Counted from the first letter of the stretch, positions 37,860-47,776 are shown. The stretch: 64,000 nt of DNA from Nitrospirota bacterium (GCA_049325335.1 JBMOMC010000002.1:256001-320000); one strand, 5' to 3'. Notes: generated by a model from the letters alone, not told the origin. A program made the numbers and translations.

Positions 37860-38079
37860 CGTCCTGTTGGCCAAGACCGCAATCGACGCGGCCGTGCACC
37901 TTGTCCGGATCAAGCACCTCGGGCTCCCGCAGGAGAGCCGGGAAGCGTTCACCCTACTTCGACCTCGCGCCGCGGCGAAGCGCCAAGGACGCGTTCGCCG
38001 CGGCGGTCGTCCAGCTTCCCTGAAGATCCGCGGGTCGTCGAACAGCGCGTCGGGGCGCGCAGCTTCTTCCTGTGAATAG
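37849..38079 (+). pseudogene. hepT: Degraded HEPN/DUF86 RNase toxin (HepT) remnant
   Basis: MADDVLLAK start fused to DAAVHLVR...LGLPQESREAFTLL; the middle section and the RX4-6H catalytic region are missing. Confidence 0.7.
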
Positions 38080-38090
38080 CAACTTCTTCC

Positions 38091-38120
38091 TTGAGTCCAA
38101 TCGCTCGTTTGGTGTATAAA
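38091..38120 (+). promoter_or_regulatory. Candidate sigma70 promoter TTGAGT-N18-TATAAA
   Basis: AT-rich patch in the gap before the LhgO-like gene. Confidence 0.3.
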
Positions 38121-38463
38121 TTTTGACATCTCGTGCTGGAAATGGATCCCCGACACGCAGGAGATTCCGTTGCGCCGGCGCAGGTCACTTGGCAACGCCG
38201 TGCAGGTGGTGAAGCAACAAGGCTTTGCTCCATGACGGTTCTGCATGATCACTACAGGGAGGGAGAACGCAGGTGCACGATTCGGCAGACGAACGGGCGC
38301 CGACGAGCGACGGTTCAGGGTCAATCGGTTCCTCGCTCCCTGTCTCAGTATTCGCGCACGGCATTCTCACTGACGGCGGCTTGTCACGGAGCCTTGCTTC
38401 GAAAACCACCCCATATCGTTCGTTGCACCACGGCATCAGCAGCAACGAGTTAGGGGTGCGAGG

Positions 38464-39672
38464 GTGACCGGATCTCGCGTACCTGATTTTACGATCATCG
38501 GGGGTGGGGTGATCGGCATTGCTATCGCGCGCGAACTGGTGTCAAGACACCCATGCCGTGTGGTGGTTCTTGAGAAGGAATCTGCACTGGCCCGACACGC
38601 CAGCGGACGCAACAGCGGCGTGCTGCACGCTGGATTCTATTATCAGCCCGGGAGCCTCAAGGCGATGTTCTGCCGCGATGGGAATGCCGCGTTGAAAGAG
38701 TTCTGCCGTAAGCAGGGCTTGCCGTTGTCCGAAGGCGGCAAGGTGGTGGTGGCGCGGAATGAGAAAGAAGTTGACTCGCTCCACGAACTGGAAAGGCGGG
38801 GGAAAGCCAACGGGGTCCCGGTCCGGCTGATCGACGAGAAGGAACTGGCGGACGTTGAGCCGTATGCGAAAACCTTCGCCAAGGCACTGTACTCCCCCAC
38901 AACGGCCGTGGTGGATCCCGCCAACGTGTGTGAGGCCTTGGCTGCAGATGCCGAGTCACATGGCGTGGAGTTTCTGCTCAACACGGCGTTGATTTCCGTC
39001 AATCGCGAGCGTCAAGTCATTGCGACGAACCACGGGGACATGCCGTTTCGTTATCTCATCAACTGCGGCGGCGCATACGCGGATCGGATCGCGCATGGTT
39101 TCGGGGTGGGTTTGGAATACCGGTTGCTGCCGTTTCGGGGAAGCTACTACGAGTTGGCGCCGACAAAGACGCCGTTGATACGCTCGAATGTGTATCCGGT
39201 CCCGGACCTTAGAAATCCGTTTCTTGGCGTGCACTTTACCAGGACCGTGCATGGAGAAGTTATCGTCGGACCGACCGCGATGCCGGTGTTCGGTCGCGAA
39301 GCCTATCACGGCTTTACCGACGTTGAGAAGGGAGAGATATGGCCTATCGTCAAAACCGAGGTTTCCCTCTGGTTTCGGAACCAGGCGAACTTCCGGGCCA
39401 TTGCCAGGGATGAGATGCGCCGATACGTGAAGCCGTGGTTCGTCCGAGAAGCGAAACAGCTCGTGCCTAACGTCACGAGTCGTGATTTTGTGCCGTCCAG
39501 TCATCGTGGGATCAGAGCGCAGTTGGTAAGTCTCAAGGAACGAAAGCTGGTCTCGGACTTTGTCGTCGCCCAAGGGGAGAACTCGACGCACGTCCTTAAC
39601 GCGGTGTCTCCGGCGTTCACGTGTTCGCTGCCGTTTTCAAAACATGTCGTCGGTCTGATCACGCGGACATGA
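38464..39672 (+). CDS. lhgO: L-2-hydroxyglutarate oxidase family FAD-dependent oxidoreductase
   Basis: IIGGGVIG, HASGRNSGVLHAG, YPVPD...PFLGVHFT, HVLNAVSPAFT. Confidence 0.8.
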   Translation: MTGSRVPDFTIIGGGVIGIAIARELVSRHPCRVVVLEKESALARHASGRNSGVLHAGFYYQPGSLKAMFCRDGNAALKEFCRKQGLPLSEGGKVVVARNEKEVDSLHELERRGKANGVPVRLIDEKELADVEPYAKTFAKALYSPTTAVVDPANVCEALAADAESHGVEFLLNTALISVNRERQVIATNHGDMPFRYLINCGGAYADRIAHGFGVGLEYRLLPFRGSYYELAPTKTPLIRSNVYPVPDLRNPFLGVHFTRTVHGEVIVGPTAMPVFGREAYHGFTDVEKGEIWPIVKTEVSLWFRNQANFRAIARDEMRRYVKPWFVREAKQLVPNVTSRDFVPSSHRGIRAQLVSLKERKLVSDFVVAQGENSTHVLNAVSPAFTCSLPFSKHVVGLITRT

Positions 39673-39676
39673 CTGC

Positions 39677-41203
39677 GTGGTAAGCAAAGCGATATCTATT
39701 ACGGTCTTTTCGGGTTTGGGGGTCATTCTCAATTTCTTCCTCCAGGCCTATCTTGCCTATCGGTTTGGGGCCCGCTGGGAGATGGATGCCTTCTTAGTTT
39801 CGACTACGCTGCCTCAGCTCGTGAATATGGTGCTCATCGGATCGATGGCGTTCACGGTCCTCCCGAGCATCATCCATGCCAGGGAGACAGACGGAATCTC
39901 TAGATTCTGGGAGTTGGCCTCGGTGTTCTTCACATCGACGATAGTCATACTCCTGTTGGTTGCGCTGGGTCTCTATCTTGGAGCCACGGGGTTGACTGTG
40001 CTGATGGCTCCAGGATTGAGCGACCAAGCTTCTGCTCTCAGCTCAGAACTTCTTGCGGTTCAGGCAGCGGCGATTGTTTTTTGGGGAATATCCAGCGTTC
40101 TGATTTGCGCTCATAACGGATCCAGTAGCTTTAGCTGGCCGGTGCTCTCTCAGTCGATAAACATTGTTGTGACTGGAGCTGTTACCGTCTTACTGGCTGG
40201 TCATTTCGGAATTTTATCGCTCGGGATAGGCATACTGGCTGGTGCTGTTCTTCAGAGTATAGCGTTGGTCCTTACCTTGAAGGAGAGATCTCGGCTCAAA
40301 GTAAAGCTCGGTCTTGGTGACCATGAAGTCCGGCGGGTAGCTCTCCTTATTATTCCATTAGTCCTTGGTTCTTTATTTGTCAAAACGGATATTCTAGTAG
40401 ATCGGTACCTCGCGTCGTCATTACCTGAAGGGAGCATTTCCTATCTCGGCTATGCATGGAGGCTGGTGGCGACGCTTTCCGGTGTGATCTGCAGCGGAGT
40501 CGTCATAACGAGCTTTTCTCAAATATGTGGGTTGGTGTCTAGCAACAAGTTCGATGAGCTTCAGGGGGCTTTTGAGCGCGTCTTCAGGGCAATGCTCTTC
40601 GTTCTGATGCCGATAGCCGTTTTTCTCGTTCTCCGAGCGCAGGAAATTTCTTCGCTATTGTTCCAGAGAGGCCTCTTCACTCAGAGAGATTCATCTGATG
40701 TATCTATTGCCGTCATCGGATATCTCGGGCTTCTGTTTGGACATGCGTTACTTCTCCATCTAAGCAATATGTTCTATGCGTTAAGAGATACTGTGACCCC
40801 AACCATATGTCTTGCCGTGTGTTTTGGGGTTGGTGTCATGGCAAAGATCTGGTTGGCTGGCCGTCTATCTTTCGTAGGTCTAGCAATCGGAACTTCGCTT
40901 TACTACCTCATTGATGTCGTTTCAGTGTATCTCATCTTACAGCGTCGACTCAATCACACCCTTGTCCACAATCTTGGATCCTTTGTGTTCCGTGGCTGCC
41001 TGTGTAGTGGAGTAATGGCCCTGGGAATCTTGGGCGTGGATAGGAGTATTCCCGTCAATGCAGGGTTGATGGTTCATATGATCGTGGCCTCAATTGTTGG
41101 CGGCGTGGCATATATCTCTGCAGCCTATGCCCTAGATCTGAGGGAGGGGAAATGGACCGTGGTCTATGCAATAAGCCGCCTTCGTCTCAGCCAACGATCG
41201 TAA
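39677..41203 (+). CDS. MurJ/MviN-like MOP-family flippase (probable O-unit flippase)
   Basis: AY.FGA..MDAF, DRYLAS.L.EGSISYLGYA.RL, LFQRG.F, FYAL.DT.TP. Confidence 0.85.
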   Translation: MVSKAISITVFSGLGVILNFFLQAYLAYRFGARWEMDAFLVSTTLPQLVNMVLIGSMAFTVLPSIIHARETDGISRFWELASVFFTSTIVILLLVALGLYLGATGLTVLMAPGLSDQASALSSELLAVQAAAIVFWGISSVLICAHNGSSSFSWPVLSQSINIVVTGAVTVLLAGHFGILSLGIGILAGAVLQSIALVLTLKERSRLKVKLGLGDHEVRRVALLIIPLVLGSLFVKTDILVDRYLASSLPEGSISYLGYAWRLVATLSGVICSGVVITSFSQICGLVSSNKFDELQGAFERVFRAMLFVLMPIAVFLVLRAQEISSLLFQRGLFTQRDSSDVSIAVIGYLGLLFGHALLLHLSNMFYALRDTVTPTICLAVCFGVGVMAKIWLAGRLSFVGLAIGTSLYYLIDVVSVYLILQRRLNHTLVHNLGSFVFRGCLCSGVMALGILGVDRSIPVNAGLMVHMIVASIVGGVAYISAAYALDLREGKWTVVYAISRLRLSQRS

Positions 41204-41231
41204 CGGGATAGATATATAGATATTAGGGAGC

Positions 41232-42275
41232 ATGATGGTCGACAAAACTCGCATAGGGATCCTTGGTGCTGGATCTGTAGTCGAACTGTACCATTTACCA
41301 GTCTTGCGAACGATGGCGGATGTCTCCGTCGAATGGGTCTGCGACAAGGTCGGTGCCCGTGCGAGTGATCTTGCGAAGCTTCATGGGGTGAACCGATGGT
41401 TCCAGGATCTGGATGACTGCTCTGATGTCGATATTGTCCTGGTGGCTATACCTGTTGGATATCGTAAGCCGGCTGTCGAGTATATCGTGAAACGAGGTTG
41501 GAATCTTTTTTGCGAAAAACCGTTCGCGGTGTCGACAGTCGAGCACGAGTCGATGCTCTCATTAGCTAAGTCGAATGGCCTGCAAATTGGCGTTGGATTT
41601 ATGCGCCGATTCTATCGGTCAACATTACTGGCAAAGGCGATTGTTGCAAAGGCACCTTTTGGTCCAATTCAAAGCGTGTGGGCGAGTGAGGGGGCTCGAA
41701 TGAGAGGTACCGGGCGCCAGGGAGAGTGGTACCAATCCGACGCGCGCGCTGTTGGGGGAGGGGTGCTGATGGAGACGGGTTCCCACCTTGTCGATCAGGT
41801 AGCGAGTATCATGGAAATTCTGGAGTGTTCGATTGAGGGATGCTTCCAAGTAAGATCGGGTGATCTGGATTTTGAAAGCAGAGTAGTTTCCTGCATAACC
41901 ACTCCAGGAGGTGGAAGGGTTCGATTCGGTTTGGCGATTAGTAAGATGTCCGACCTGTTCAACGGGATCGAGTTACATTATCCATCCGTGATCATGCGAT
42001 TGAGAGGGACTCCAGATGGTACTGTAGAACTGTGCGATGTCGAAGGAAGGAATTTGGCTTGTCTGGGTGGGGGCAAACTTGACGGATCTGTGTATCGGGC
42101 TTTCTACGATGAATGGAGGGAGTTCATTATGCAGTGCCGAAGTAGGCACCCCTCGATAGTTGATGCTGAGACCGCTCGATTTGGCACCACATTTATTGAA
42201 TTAGCCTACAAGTTTCGGCGGGCCAGTCAGAAGACCTCGATTCCATCGGATGCCAGTCTGATGGGGAATGGCTAA
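41232..42275 (+). CDS. Gfo/Idh/MocA family oxidoreductase
   Basis: GILGAG, CEKP, GFMRRF, GGGVLMETGSHLVD. Confidence 0.85.
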   Translation: MMVDKTRIGILGAGSVVELYHLPVLRTMADVSVEWVCDKVGARASDLAKLHGVNRWFQDLDDCSDVDIVLVAIPVGYRKPAVEYIVKRGWNLFCEKPFAVSTVEHESMLSLAKSNGLQIGVGFMRRFYRSTLLAKAIVAKAPFGPIQSVWASEGARMRGTGRQGEWYQSDARAVGGGVLMETGSHLVDQVASIMEILECSIEGCFQVRSGDLDFESRVVSCITTPGGGRVRFGLAISKMSDLFNGIELHYPSVIMRLRGTPDGTVELCDVEGRNLACLGGGKLDGSVYRAFYDEWREFIMQCRSRHPSIVDAETARFGTTFIELAYKFRRASQKTSIPSDASLMGNG

Positions 42276-43450
42276 TGGGCAGAGTTCGCGTCGCAATACT
42301 TGGATCGGGCGGTCAGGTCGGTTCGTTCCTAGTTAGACGGCTATCTGAGCTTCAGGGGCTTGATGTTGTTCCTGTATGCAGGAATGACGTCAGCGCAGGA
42401 TTTATCGACGCCATGGGCTATCGAGCCCGTGTTGGCTCAGTTGAGGAGATCGGATTCGCACGCCGGCTAATCGGCGATTGCGAGATTGTCATCAACTGTG
42501 CGATTGCTGTTGGACTTCCCAGGGAATCAAGACAGTTAAACGAAGGAATCATCGATAGCATTGCGCAGTTGCCGAATGTCAGGCGTGTTGTTCACTTCAG
42601 TAGTGTTGCCGTATATGGAAGTTGTATTGATTTGTCGCGCAGCACATTCGAAGCTCCAAAGGCTGATACAGATTATGGGAAGGAGAAGCTCCACATAGAA
42701 AAACGGGCGGCCAGAGCCTTCTCCCGTCGTGGATTGGACTATTATTTGCTCCGCCTTGGACACGTCTATGGGGCTAGTCAGGCGATGTCCAATGCCATCG
42801 TAACGATGTTGGCGACTCAAGGATTTTCGCTGCCATTTGGTGGAGATTTGCTGTCTAACGCAGTCCATATTGAGCGGTTAGGAGAGGCCGTTGTCGAGAT
42901 GTTGGAGGGTAGGCAGCCATCGGGTATTTATAATCTGTCCGACATGCCTCATCAGACATGGCGGAATATATTTGATTGGCATTCGAGTGCTCTCGGTTTG
43001 CCGGTCGTGGGATCGATGGCGAGTCTGGAGTCCTTTGACAGACGAAGGAATATGCTACGGACGATCAGCCGACCAGTGGGTCTACGATTGGTAGCGGAGA
43101 GTGCTCAGTGGCTACGATCTCTTCCACCCTCATATGTGCTGGCATGCCCTGCACTCAGAGATATTGGTTATATGCTTCTTAAGCATCTTCCTGCTTCCAT
43201 TGGAAGGAGGATTAAGTCCGGATATGTCGGATGGTCAGCCAGGCGTGCCGTTGTGGACCGAAGAGCGTCTGTTGAAGCGGATCCCTGGTTTTTCTCTGAT
43301 CCGATGCCTGGACCATATTTCCCGTACGTTGGAGATGCCGAGCGCGACTCCTCGATGTCCAAGTCAATGAATGTCTCACTGCTAAGGTGGCATGGAAACT
43401 TGGCGTCGCCCTGTTGGGATGCCGATAGGTATATTCGATCGTCGTCATGA
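42275..43450 (+). CDS. NAD-dependent epimerase/dehydratase family (extended SDR)
   Basis: GSGGQVG, SSVAVYG, YGKEK, LR.GHVYG. Confidence 0.8.
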   Translation: MGRVRVAILGSGGQVGSFLVRRLSELQGLDVVPVCRNDVSAGFIDAMGYRARVGSVEEIGFARRLIGDCEIVINCAIAVGLPRESRQLNEGIIDSIAQLPNVRRVVHFSSVAVYGSCIDLSRSTFEAPKADTDYGKEKLHIEKRAARAFSRRGLDYYLLRLGHVYGASQAMSNAIVTMLATQGFSLPFGGDLLSNAVHIERLGEAVVEMLEGRQPSGIYNLSDMPHQTWRNIFDWHSSALGLPVVGSMASLESFDRRRNMLRTISRPVGLRLVAESAQWLRSLPPSYVLACPALRDIGYMLLKHLPASIGRRIKSGYVGWSARRAVVDRRASVEADPWFFSDPMPGPYFPYVGDAERDSSMSKSMNVSLLRWHGNLASPCWDADRYIRSSS

Positions 43451-43505
43451 ATTCCCTCGGCGATTAGAAAGGCATAGATGTCAGTCCACACGGTGTGGAG
43501 ATAGC

Positions 43506-44234
43506 ATGGATCGGTTGACATTGTTTAGGAAGATCTCGGAAAGAAATAGGAACTGGTTTCCTTCCTATAGGCCTGCCCACGAGATTTACATCGACCAACT
43601 ACAGAGACTTTCTAAGCCTGGGTGTGTCGTTCTTCATTTGGGGGCTGGGCATGATTCCCTTGATATTGAGAAACGGATGATTAACGCCCGTGTTGTGAGT
43701 ATGGATATTGATTGGGAAAGCCTGTCACAAAACAAAAACTCGATGCGTGTTTTGGCAGATGGTAATTCGCTGCCTTTTAAAGGTCAATCGTTTGATCTGG
43801 TAATGGCGGAAAACGTCTTTGAGCATCTAGAGGACCCCGTTTCTATCTTACGGGAGTGTTATCGTTGTTTGGTTCCTAGTGGGGCGATGATATTTCTGTG
43901 CCCGAATCGATATAGCTATATTGCATTGGTGGCCAGGATGACTCCTCATAAGTTCCATCAGTTCTTTAGGCGTGTAACGACCGGCGTGGCGGAAGGGGAT
44001 ACATTCCCGACGTACTATCGCTGCAATAGCCCAGGAACCATTCGCCGAATAGCAGAACAGGTCGGATTTGGGGTGGAAACGATCAAGACATTTGTGGGGT
44101 GGCCAACGTATTGGGAGTTTTCGAATGTCCTCCATAAGTGTTTTGTCGCCGTTCATAAGCTTATCGAGAGGCTTCCGTCGTCGGTTCATATATCCTTGGT
44201 TGGGGTCATTCGAAAGCCGCGAGCCGGATGCTGA
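43506..44234 (+). CDS. Class I SAM-dependent methyltransferase
   Basis: VLHLGAG, ADGNSLPF..SFDLV, VFEHL, DTFPTYYRCN; ATG 43506 with SD ggag. Confidence 0.82.
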   Translation: MDRLTLFRKISERNRNWFPSYRPAHEIYIDQLQRLSKPGCVVLHLGAGHDSLDIEKRMINARVVSMDIDWESLSQNKNSMRVLADGNSLPFKGQSFDLVMAENVFEHLEDPVSILRECYRCLVPSGAMIFLCPNRYSYIALVARMTPHKFHQFFRRVTTGVAEGDTFPTYYRCNSPGTIRRIAEQVGFGVETIKTFVGWPTYWEFSNVLHKCFVAVHKLIERLPSSVHISLVGVIRKPRAGC

Positions 44235-44432
44235 GGAATGGCAGGACGCCAGATTGCCTTACTCTGTATGCAGGTGAATGTAGTTAGGTCGACAGTCCAT
44301 ACTCCGGTCAGATTGACCATCTGGCCGATGTTGGTGCCTGTGGCGCATTGTCAACCTGGCCGTCGGATGCGTTCCCACGGAGAGAAGCCGTGGAATAAGC
44401 CTATTGAAGGGATCGAGACCTCGATATTGGTA

Positions 44433-44467
44433 GATCGATAGATAGATCGATCGATCTATCGATCGAT
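44433..44467. repeat. In-phase GATC/GATA tetranucleotide array containing a perfect 20-bp palindrome
   Basis: GATC GATA GATA GATC GATC GATC TATC GATC GAT; 44441-44460 equals its own reverse complement. Confidence 0.85.
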
Positions 44468-44589
44468 GGGGCGAGAGATGTTCCCGGTGTCCCAGAAGGG
44501 ACTTCGCACCGATAGTCAGGTGTCGAGTCGGCGACGCAGCACGTATCTTGATTGGAAGTGGTGGCTAGGCGAAATGAGGGCAGAAGACC

Positions 44590-46095
44590 TTGACTCGCTC
44601 TGAACGGTGCGAGTCAAGTAGTTGGCTGTCAGGCGGGGATTGCTTGGGACAAACTCGTGTTATTGCCTATAGCGGCAGAAAGCACCTTAGGTTGCTTCTG
44701 CCATTGCTGAACATTACGGGTTTGTTCCTCTTATACTATACATCGGTGGTGGGGTCTCAGGCCGGTTGTCTTGTTGTATATGGGGTTGCTCAAGTGACTC
44801 TCTATGCGTCGCACTTTCTTTATTTGAGATGTTATCGCCAAGCAGACATTCTAGATGCTCTAAACATTTTGAATCTCGGGTTGTTCTTGCATTTCACTGT
44901 AGCGCCATTCCTGCTTTATTTTCAGGTCATGCCGGCTTTTTATGAATCATTGTGGGATTGGGAAGCTTTCCCTTCAGCTTTGGTGTTAATCCATGCATTT
45001 TGTGTGATGGTTCAGGTCGGATATTATCTCGATATCAGGAGTCGTACAAGGAAGAAGGAACCTGTATTCACTGGCAGTCCATCAGAATGGAAGCTTATAG
45101 GTCTTTTGCTGGCGGTGGTGATGATTATGAGTTTCAAGGGCCTATTACCAATGGAGGTGGCAACGAGTGGTATTTACATCGGCTTAAGCTCCATGGTGTT
45201 TGCTCTGCCATATTTTCTTCTTACTATGTTGCCTCAACGCGCGAGTGGTGTAGCCAAGTGCGCTGTATTCGGGGGTATTGTGTGGTCTCTCTGGATATCC
45301 TTGTTCAGTGGGATAGGGTCTAAGGCCGGGGTGGCAAATGTTGTTCTTGCTTTTGTGGTGTATCGGAACTATATGGTTCGCCGGTTACGGTTGTTTCCTC
45401 TTGTGGTTGGAGCTGCTTCGACCATAATGGTTGTGACCTATATGAATTATTCGCGAGCGGTGGGGTATTTGTCGAATATAGCGTGGTCTGCGGCCAACCC
45501 ATTCTCCGGAGAAAATATTGCGACTTTCTGGGCCGCAGGTGTCTCATCGATGCTGACTCCGTTCGAAGCTTTTATGGTTGTACTCGATACGTTTCCGCGA
45601 ACACTCCCCTATCAATATGGCCAACGGTTTCTTGAGGAAATGGTTTATCCCCTATTCCCGAGAATCATGTTTCCGTGGAAACCTGAGATATACGGGAGCG
45701 GATTCTTTTGGGAATATCATACAGGCTTCTTGAGCCTTGAGACTAAAATCTATGAGTCGGTTTCGCTTCCTGGGTACTTCTATCTCGATTTTTCAATTCC
45801 GGGAATTATAGTCGGAGGGTTGCTTGTTGGGGTAATTCATCGATATGTGTATCAACGGTTGATTTCTGATGGTGCTACGAGAGGGTCAGTTTGCTTGTAC
45901 GGGATCATTAGTGGGTTCTCTCTCATCGCGGCACGCGCATTTTTCTGGACCTCATATCCGATCATCGTTAGCGTGATGATACCAATGATTCTAATCTATT
46001 TAGTGCAGCGACGGCATGGTAATACACTGCGGTTCCCCTGGCCACAGAGGTATGGGGCACGTGGGGTTGTCGAAGTTAAGTATCCGGTGGTGTAA
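44590..46095 (+). CDS. wzy: O-antigen polymerase Wzy-like polytopic membrane protein (start uncertain)
   Basis: About 10-11 hydrophobic segments, FPRIMFPWKP, PGYFYLDFSIPGII; low GC; cluster context. Confidence 0.72.
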   Translation: MTRSERCESSSWLSGGDCLGQTRVIAYSGRKHLRLLLPLLNITGLFLLYYTSVVGSQAGCLVVYGVAQVTLYASHFLYLRCYRQADILDALNILNLGLFLHFTVAPFLLYFQVMPAFYESLWDWEAFPSALVLIHAFCVMVQVGYYLDIRSRTRKKEPVFTGSPSEWKLIGLLLAVVMIMSFKGLLPMEVATSGIYIGLSSMVFALPYFLLTMLPQRASGVAKCAVFGGIVWSLWISLFSGIGSKAGVANVVLAFVVYRNYMVRRLRLFPLVVGAASTIMVVTYMNYSRAVGYLSNIAWSAANPFSGENIATFWAAGVSSMLTPFEAFMVVLDTFPRTLPYQYGQRFLEEMVYPLFPRIMFPWKPEIYGSGFFWEYHTGFLSLETKIYESVSLPGYFYLDFSIPGIIVGGLLVGVIHRYVYQRLISDGATRGSVCLYGIISGFSLIAARAFFWTSYPIIVSVMIPMILIYLVQRRHGNTLRFPWPQRYGARGVVEVKYPVV

Positions 46096-46280
46096 GGTTA
46101 AGCGGGTCGATTGGTGCCAAATGGAGGCGTGGCCTCATTCCGAACGAGAGGAAGAGGGGGGCCATTAGCATGGCTTCCGATGTGTCGCAAGATATTTAGA
46201 CGGTGTCTTCAGGCCGTTGTGATGTGCGATTTGCCAATGGGCTTCGTTTCAGAACGGACAACTCCAATGGAGGGATTGAA

Positions 46281-47258
46281 ATGGCGAATGTCCTCGTTGT
46301 TGGTGGGGCTGGTTATGTTGGTGGGGCGCTGACAGATCAGTTGACTGAAACGGGCCACGCCCTGCGCGTGTACGATTCGTTGGTGTACGAGGAGTATTAT
46401 CGCAAGCCGGTTGAGTTCGTCTTGGGCGACGTACGCGATTGGGATCGCCTGGGCCCCCACCTTGATTGGGCGGACGTGGTCGTATGGCTGGCGGCGTTGG
46501 TGGGAGACGGCGCGTGTTCGTTGGATAAGGAGTTGACGAAGACGATCAACACCGGTTGCGTTGCGCTGCTTGCGGAGCGGTTCCGAGGGCGGATTCTCTT
46601 TATGTCAACGTGTTCGGTGTACGGTGCGTCGGACGGGTTGCTCGACGAGACCTCCGCGGTGAACCCGTTGTCGATTTATGCTGAGACCAAACTAGCGTCA
46701 GAGAAGATTCTTCTGGGGCGCAACGCCATGATGTTTCGTTTGGGTACGTTGTTCGGCGTCGGCGACACGTATTCTCGAATTCGGATGGACCTGGTCGTGA
46801 ATGTGTTGACCGCCAAAGCGTTCCAATACGGCCGGATCAGCGTGTTCGGCGGGGACCAGTACCGGCCGCTGTTGCACGTGAAGGACGTGGCGACGGCGAT
46901 CGTGCAAAACATCGAGACCGATCACACGGGTATTTATAATCTTCACGCCGTCAATGTACGGATCACGGACCTCGCCGATCAACTCCGTGAGCATTTCCCC
47001 CAACTCGAAATCAGTAGGACCGACGTCAAGTTCCAAGACAATCGGAACTACCGTGTGACGAGCGACAGGGCCGTGTCCGCATTTGGATTTCATCCGACGC
47101 ACACGGTTGAGGACGGTATCCGGGAATTGAAGACGCTGTTCGAGCAGGGACGCATCAGAAAGATCGGGTTGCTGCGCCAGTCCAATCATCGGTTCCTGAA
47201 GGAACTGTTGGAAACCCCGTCATCGCCATTGGGTTTTGAAGTCAGGCCGAGTCTTTAG
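46281..47258 (+). CDS. NAD-dependent epimerase/dehydratase (NDP-sugar)
   Basis: VGGAGYVG, STCSVYG, YAETK, R.DLVVN, RPLLHV.D; SD ggaggg. Confidence 0.88.
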   Translation: MANVLVVGGAGYVGGALTDQLTETGHALRVYDSLVYEEYYRKPVEFVLGDVRDWDRLGPHLDWADVVVWLAALVGDGACSLDKELTKTINTGCVALLAERFRGRILFMSTCSVYGASDGLLDETSAVNPLSIYAETKLASEKILLGRNAMMFRLGTLFGVGDTYSRIRMDLVVNVLTAKAFQYGRISVFGGDQYRPLLHVKDVATAIVQNIETDHTGIYNLHAVNVRITDLADQLREHFPQLEISRTDVKFQDNRNYRVTSDRAVSAFGFHPTHTVEDGIRELKTLFEQGRIRKIGLLRQSNHRFLKELLETPSSPLGFEVRPSL

Positions 47259-47289
47259 GCGTATGGCAGAAGACTGGAAAGGAGCGTTG

Positions 47290-47730
47290 ATGGATGAACC
47301 ACGATTGATTGAAGGGGGGCTGGCGGTTGATGACCGAGGAGCGCTTAGTTTCGTCAACGGGTTCGGCTTCCAGGGAGTAAAGCGGTTCTATATGGTTTCG
47401 AATCATCGTCCTGGATTTATCAGAGCGTGGCACGGGCATCGTCACGAGAGTAAATGGGTCATGGCGGTTGACGGGAGCGCCATCGTGGCTGCAGTGCGCG
47501 TTGACGATTGGGACAAACCGTCAAAGGACCTCCCGGTTCAACGGTTCGTGTTGTCGGCGCAGAGGCCGTCGATTCTCCATATTCCGAAGGGTTATGCGAA
47601 TGGTTTTATGAATCTGACCTCGGATGCCAAGCTGCTGTTCTTCTCAGACGCCACGATCGATGAGAGCCGAAACGATGACATTCGCTTTCAAGCACACTAC
47701 TGGGATCCTTGGTCGGTGATCGAACGGTAG
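47290..47730 (+). CDS. RmlC-like cupin sugar epimerase/isomerase
   Basis: DDRG, KRFY.V.NH, RAWHGH..E, IP.GYANGF. Confidence 0.82.
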   Translation: MDEPRLIEGGLAVDDRGALSFVNGFGFQGVKRFYMVSNHRPGFIRAWHGHRHESKWVMAVDGSAIVAAVRVDDWDKPSKDLPVQRFVLSAQRPSILHIPKGYANGFMNLTSDAKLLFFSDATIDESRNDDIRFQAHYWDPWSVIER

Positions 47731-47776
47731 GAAGTTAGGAACCGGCAAGTCAAAACTCTAGCTGTGAGGTTTAAGC

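Noticed and set aside
38133..38467. Short ORFs between the HEPN remnant and the LhgO-like gene
   Set aside because: No motifs and no convincing RBS or codon bias
44238..44441. 67-aa ORF before the GATC array
   Set aside because: No recognisable features; likely spurious
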